Position numbers and translations under genes: made by a program. Of a stretch of DNA of 64,000 nucleotides, positions 62,847-64,000 are shown in pieces. The stretch lies in NCBI GenBank assembly GCA_010093815.1, contig ML996567.1. One strand, written 5' to 3'. How positions within the stretch are numbered: the first letter of the stretch is position 1; every line of letters begins with the position of its first letter. This DNA comes from Pseudovirgaria hyperparasitica (lineage: Eukaryota). A model generated the notes under the pieces. It did no database searches, was not told the origin of the DNA, and was given only the letters and a program-made list of their open reading frames with translations.

Positions 62847-64000
62847 ATGCCGGACAAGCCTCTCACAATCGCAACATACGCTGCTGGTGCCTCCCTAGCA
62901 GCCATCACCCTCGTGTACGTCTTCGGCCCTACATTCTTCCTCGACGAAGAGAGTTCCAGCGCGAACCGCAAGAAAGGCGTTGTCGGCCTTAGTAATCCCG
63001 CAAATGACTGCTTCATAAACGCGAACCTACAAGCTCTTGCGGGGCTCCCCGAGCTTCGATTATATTTAATCCGAGAGACACATAGGAGGAAACTCGATGG
63101 CGACGTGCTGTACGCGGTAGATCCAGCCGGTCGCTATGAAGACGAGCACAAACGTGAAATTACGCCGTGGAAGCTGGAGGGACTGCAAAAGGGCGTGGTG
63201 ACACAGGGACTGAAAGATGTGCTTGACAGGCTGAATGAAAGGCCGATATATAAGAAGACAATATCCGCACAGAGCTTCATCGGGATCTTGGAAAGGGCGT
63301 TTCAGACTAGGATCAGCCGGCAGCAGCAGGATGCGCAGGAATTCTTGCAAGTGGTTACTGAGAGACTATGCGACGAGTATCATGCTGGTATAAAGGCAAG
63401 GCGGAAAGCGAAGAAGCTAAATACTGGTACTTCGTCGGCTGAAAAGAAGGAGGAAGACGAGGACACCAAGGAAGTAGCAGACTCACAGTCCGAGGTTGTG
63501 CTGGAAAAGAGCACAAACCAGCCAGACGCCTTTGGTAAAGAGACGGAGAAGCACCAAGAGGAAGATCAGGAGAAAAATGTTGAAGATGACGAAGAAGGGT
63601 TCCCGTTCGAGGGCAAGATGGAATCAATCATCGAGTGCCAAACATGTCATTTCCGGCCGAAGCCCTCCGTTTCAACTTTTGTCACGCTCACGCTCAGTGT
63701 CCCGCAAAAAACATCGGCTACTCTGAACAACTGTTTTGATGGTCTAATGAAAGTTGAGCACATAGACGATTACAAGTGCGACTACTGTCGACTCGATCAT
63801 GCTTTGAAGTCCAAGCGGAAGCTGCTATCAGCTGTCTCCACGCAGGAGGTGAAGGCCACAATACAATCAGATATCGATAAGCTTGAGCAAGCTTTAGAGA
63901 AAGACCCAGAGAGGCCACCGGAGGACGTGGAGTTGCCAGACTCGAAATTGGCCCCAAAGACACGCATCGAAAGACACGTACGGATATCAGAGTTTCCAAA
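62847..64000 (+). CDS. Ubiquitin C-terminal hydrolase (USP/C19) with N-terminal membrane anchor, Ubp16-like; runs off the window end
   Basis: GLSNPANDCFINANLQAL Cys box, QQQDAQEFL, ECQTC and YKCDYC; open to position 64000. Confidence 0.92.
   Translation, partial: MPDKPLTIATYAAGASLAAITLVYVFGPTFFLDEESSSANRKKGVVGLSNPANDCFINANLQALAGLPELRLYLIRETHRRKLDGDVLYAVDPAGRYEDEHKREITPWKLEGLQKGVVTQGLKDVLDRLNERPIYKKTISAQSFIGILERAFQTRISRQQQDAQEFLQVVTERLCDEYHAGIKARRKAKKLNTGTSSAEKKEEDEDTKEVADSQSEVVLEKSTNQPDAFGKETEKHQEEDQEKNVEDDEEGFPFEGKMESIIECQTCHFRPKPSVSTFVTLTLSVPQKTSATLNNCFDGLMKVEHIDDYKCDYCRLDHALKSKRKLLSAVSTQEVKATIQSDIDKLEQALEKDPERPPEDVELPDSKLAPKTRIERHVRISEFP

Noticed and set aside
1..64000. CRISPR array, rRNA, intact transposon or secondary-metabolite cluster
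   Set aside because: No repeat-spacer array, rRNA sequence, transposase/RT ORF or PKS/NRPS domain was seen.

Overview
Fungal genomic DNA from a filamentous ascomycete, probably a Dothideomycete (inferred from short GT-AG introns with CTRAC branch points and from gene content). About 27 protein-coding genes can be modelled by hand. Most are housekeeping: flavocytochrome b2, pterin dehydratase, bZIP kapC, ERG25, an LRR protein, RPL13, HRI1, lunapark, MZM1, SLT11, ERG6, PDB1, GH105, RTF2, ETF-QO, an SR splicing factor, mitochondrial bL9 and a truncated UBP. The most unusual region is a compact intronless island at 2.4-7.3 kb. It holds two calcineurin-like metallophosphoesterases around a RIP-like AT-rich relic, a 192-aa unknown protein, and a divergently transcribed AbiEii/DUF6036-like nucleotidyltransferase with a predicted lipid anchor. 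This is a candidate fungal toxin-antitoxin or nucleotide-modification conflict module. Other points of note: an ERG25 start codon split by an intron, a hidden Cys/His-rich gene containing a (GAA)23 repeat, a 6-nt microexon and a probable regulatory intron in the SR gene, a long G-U-rich hairpin in a 6-kb gene desert, and a J-domain protein with 28-aa repeats. All calls come from reading the sequence and recognising motifs; no searches were run.
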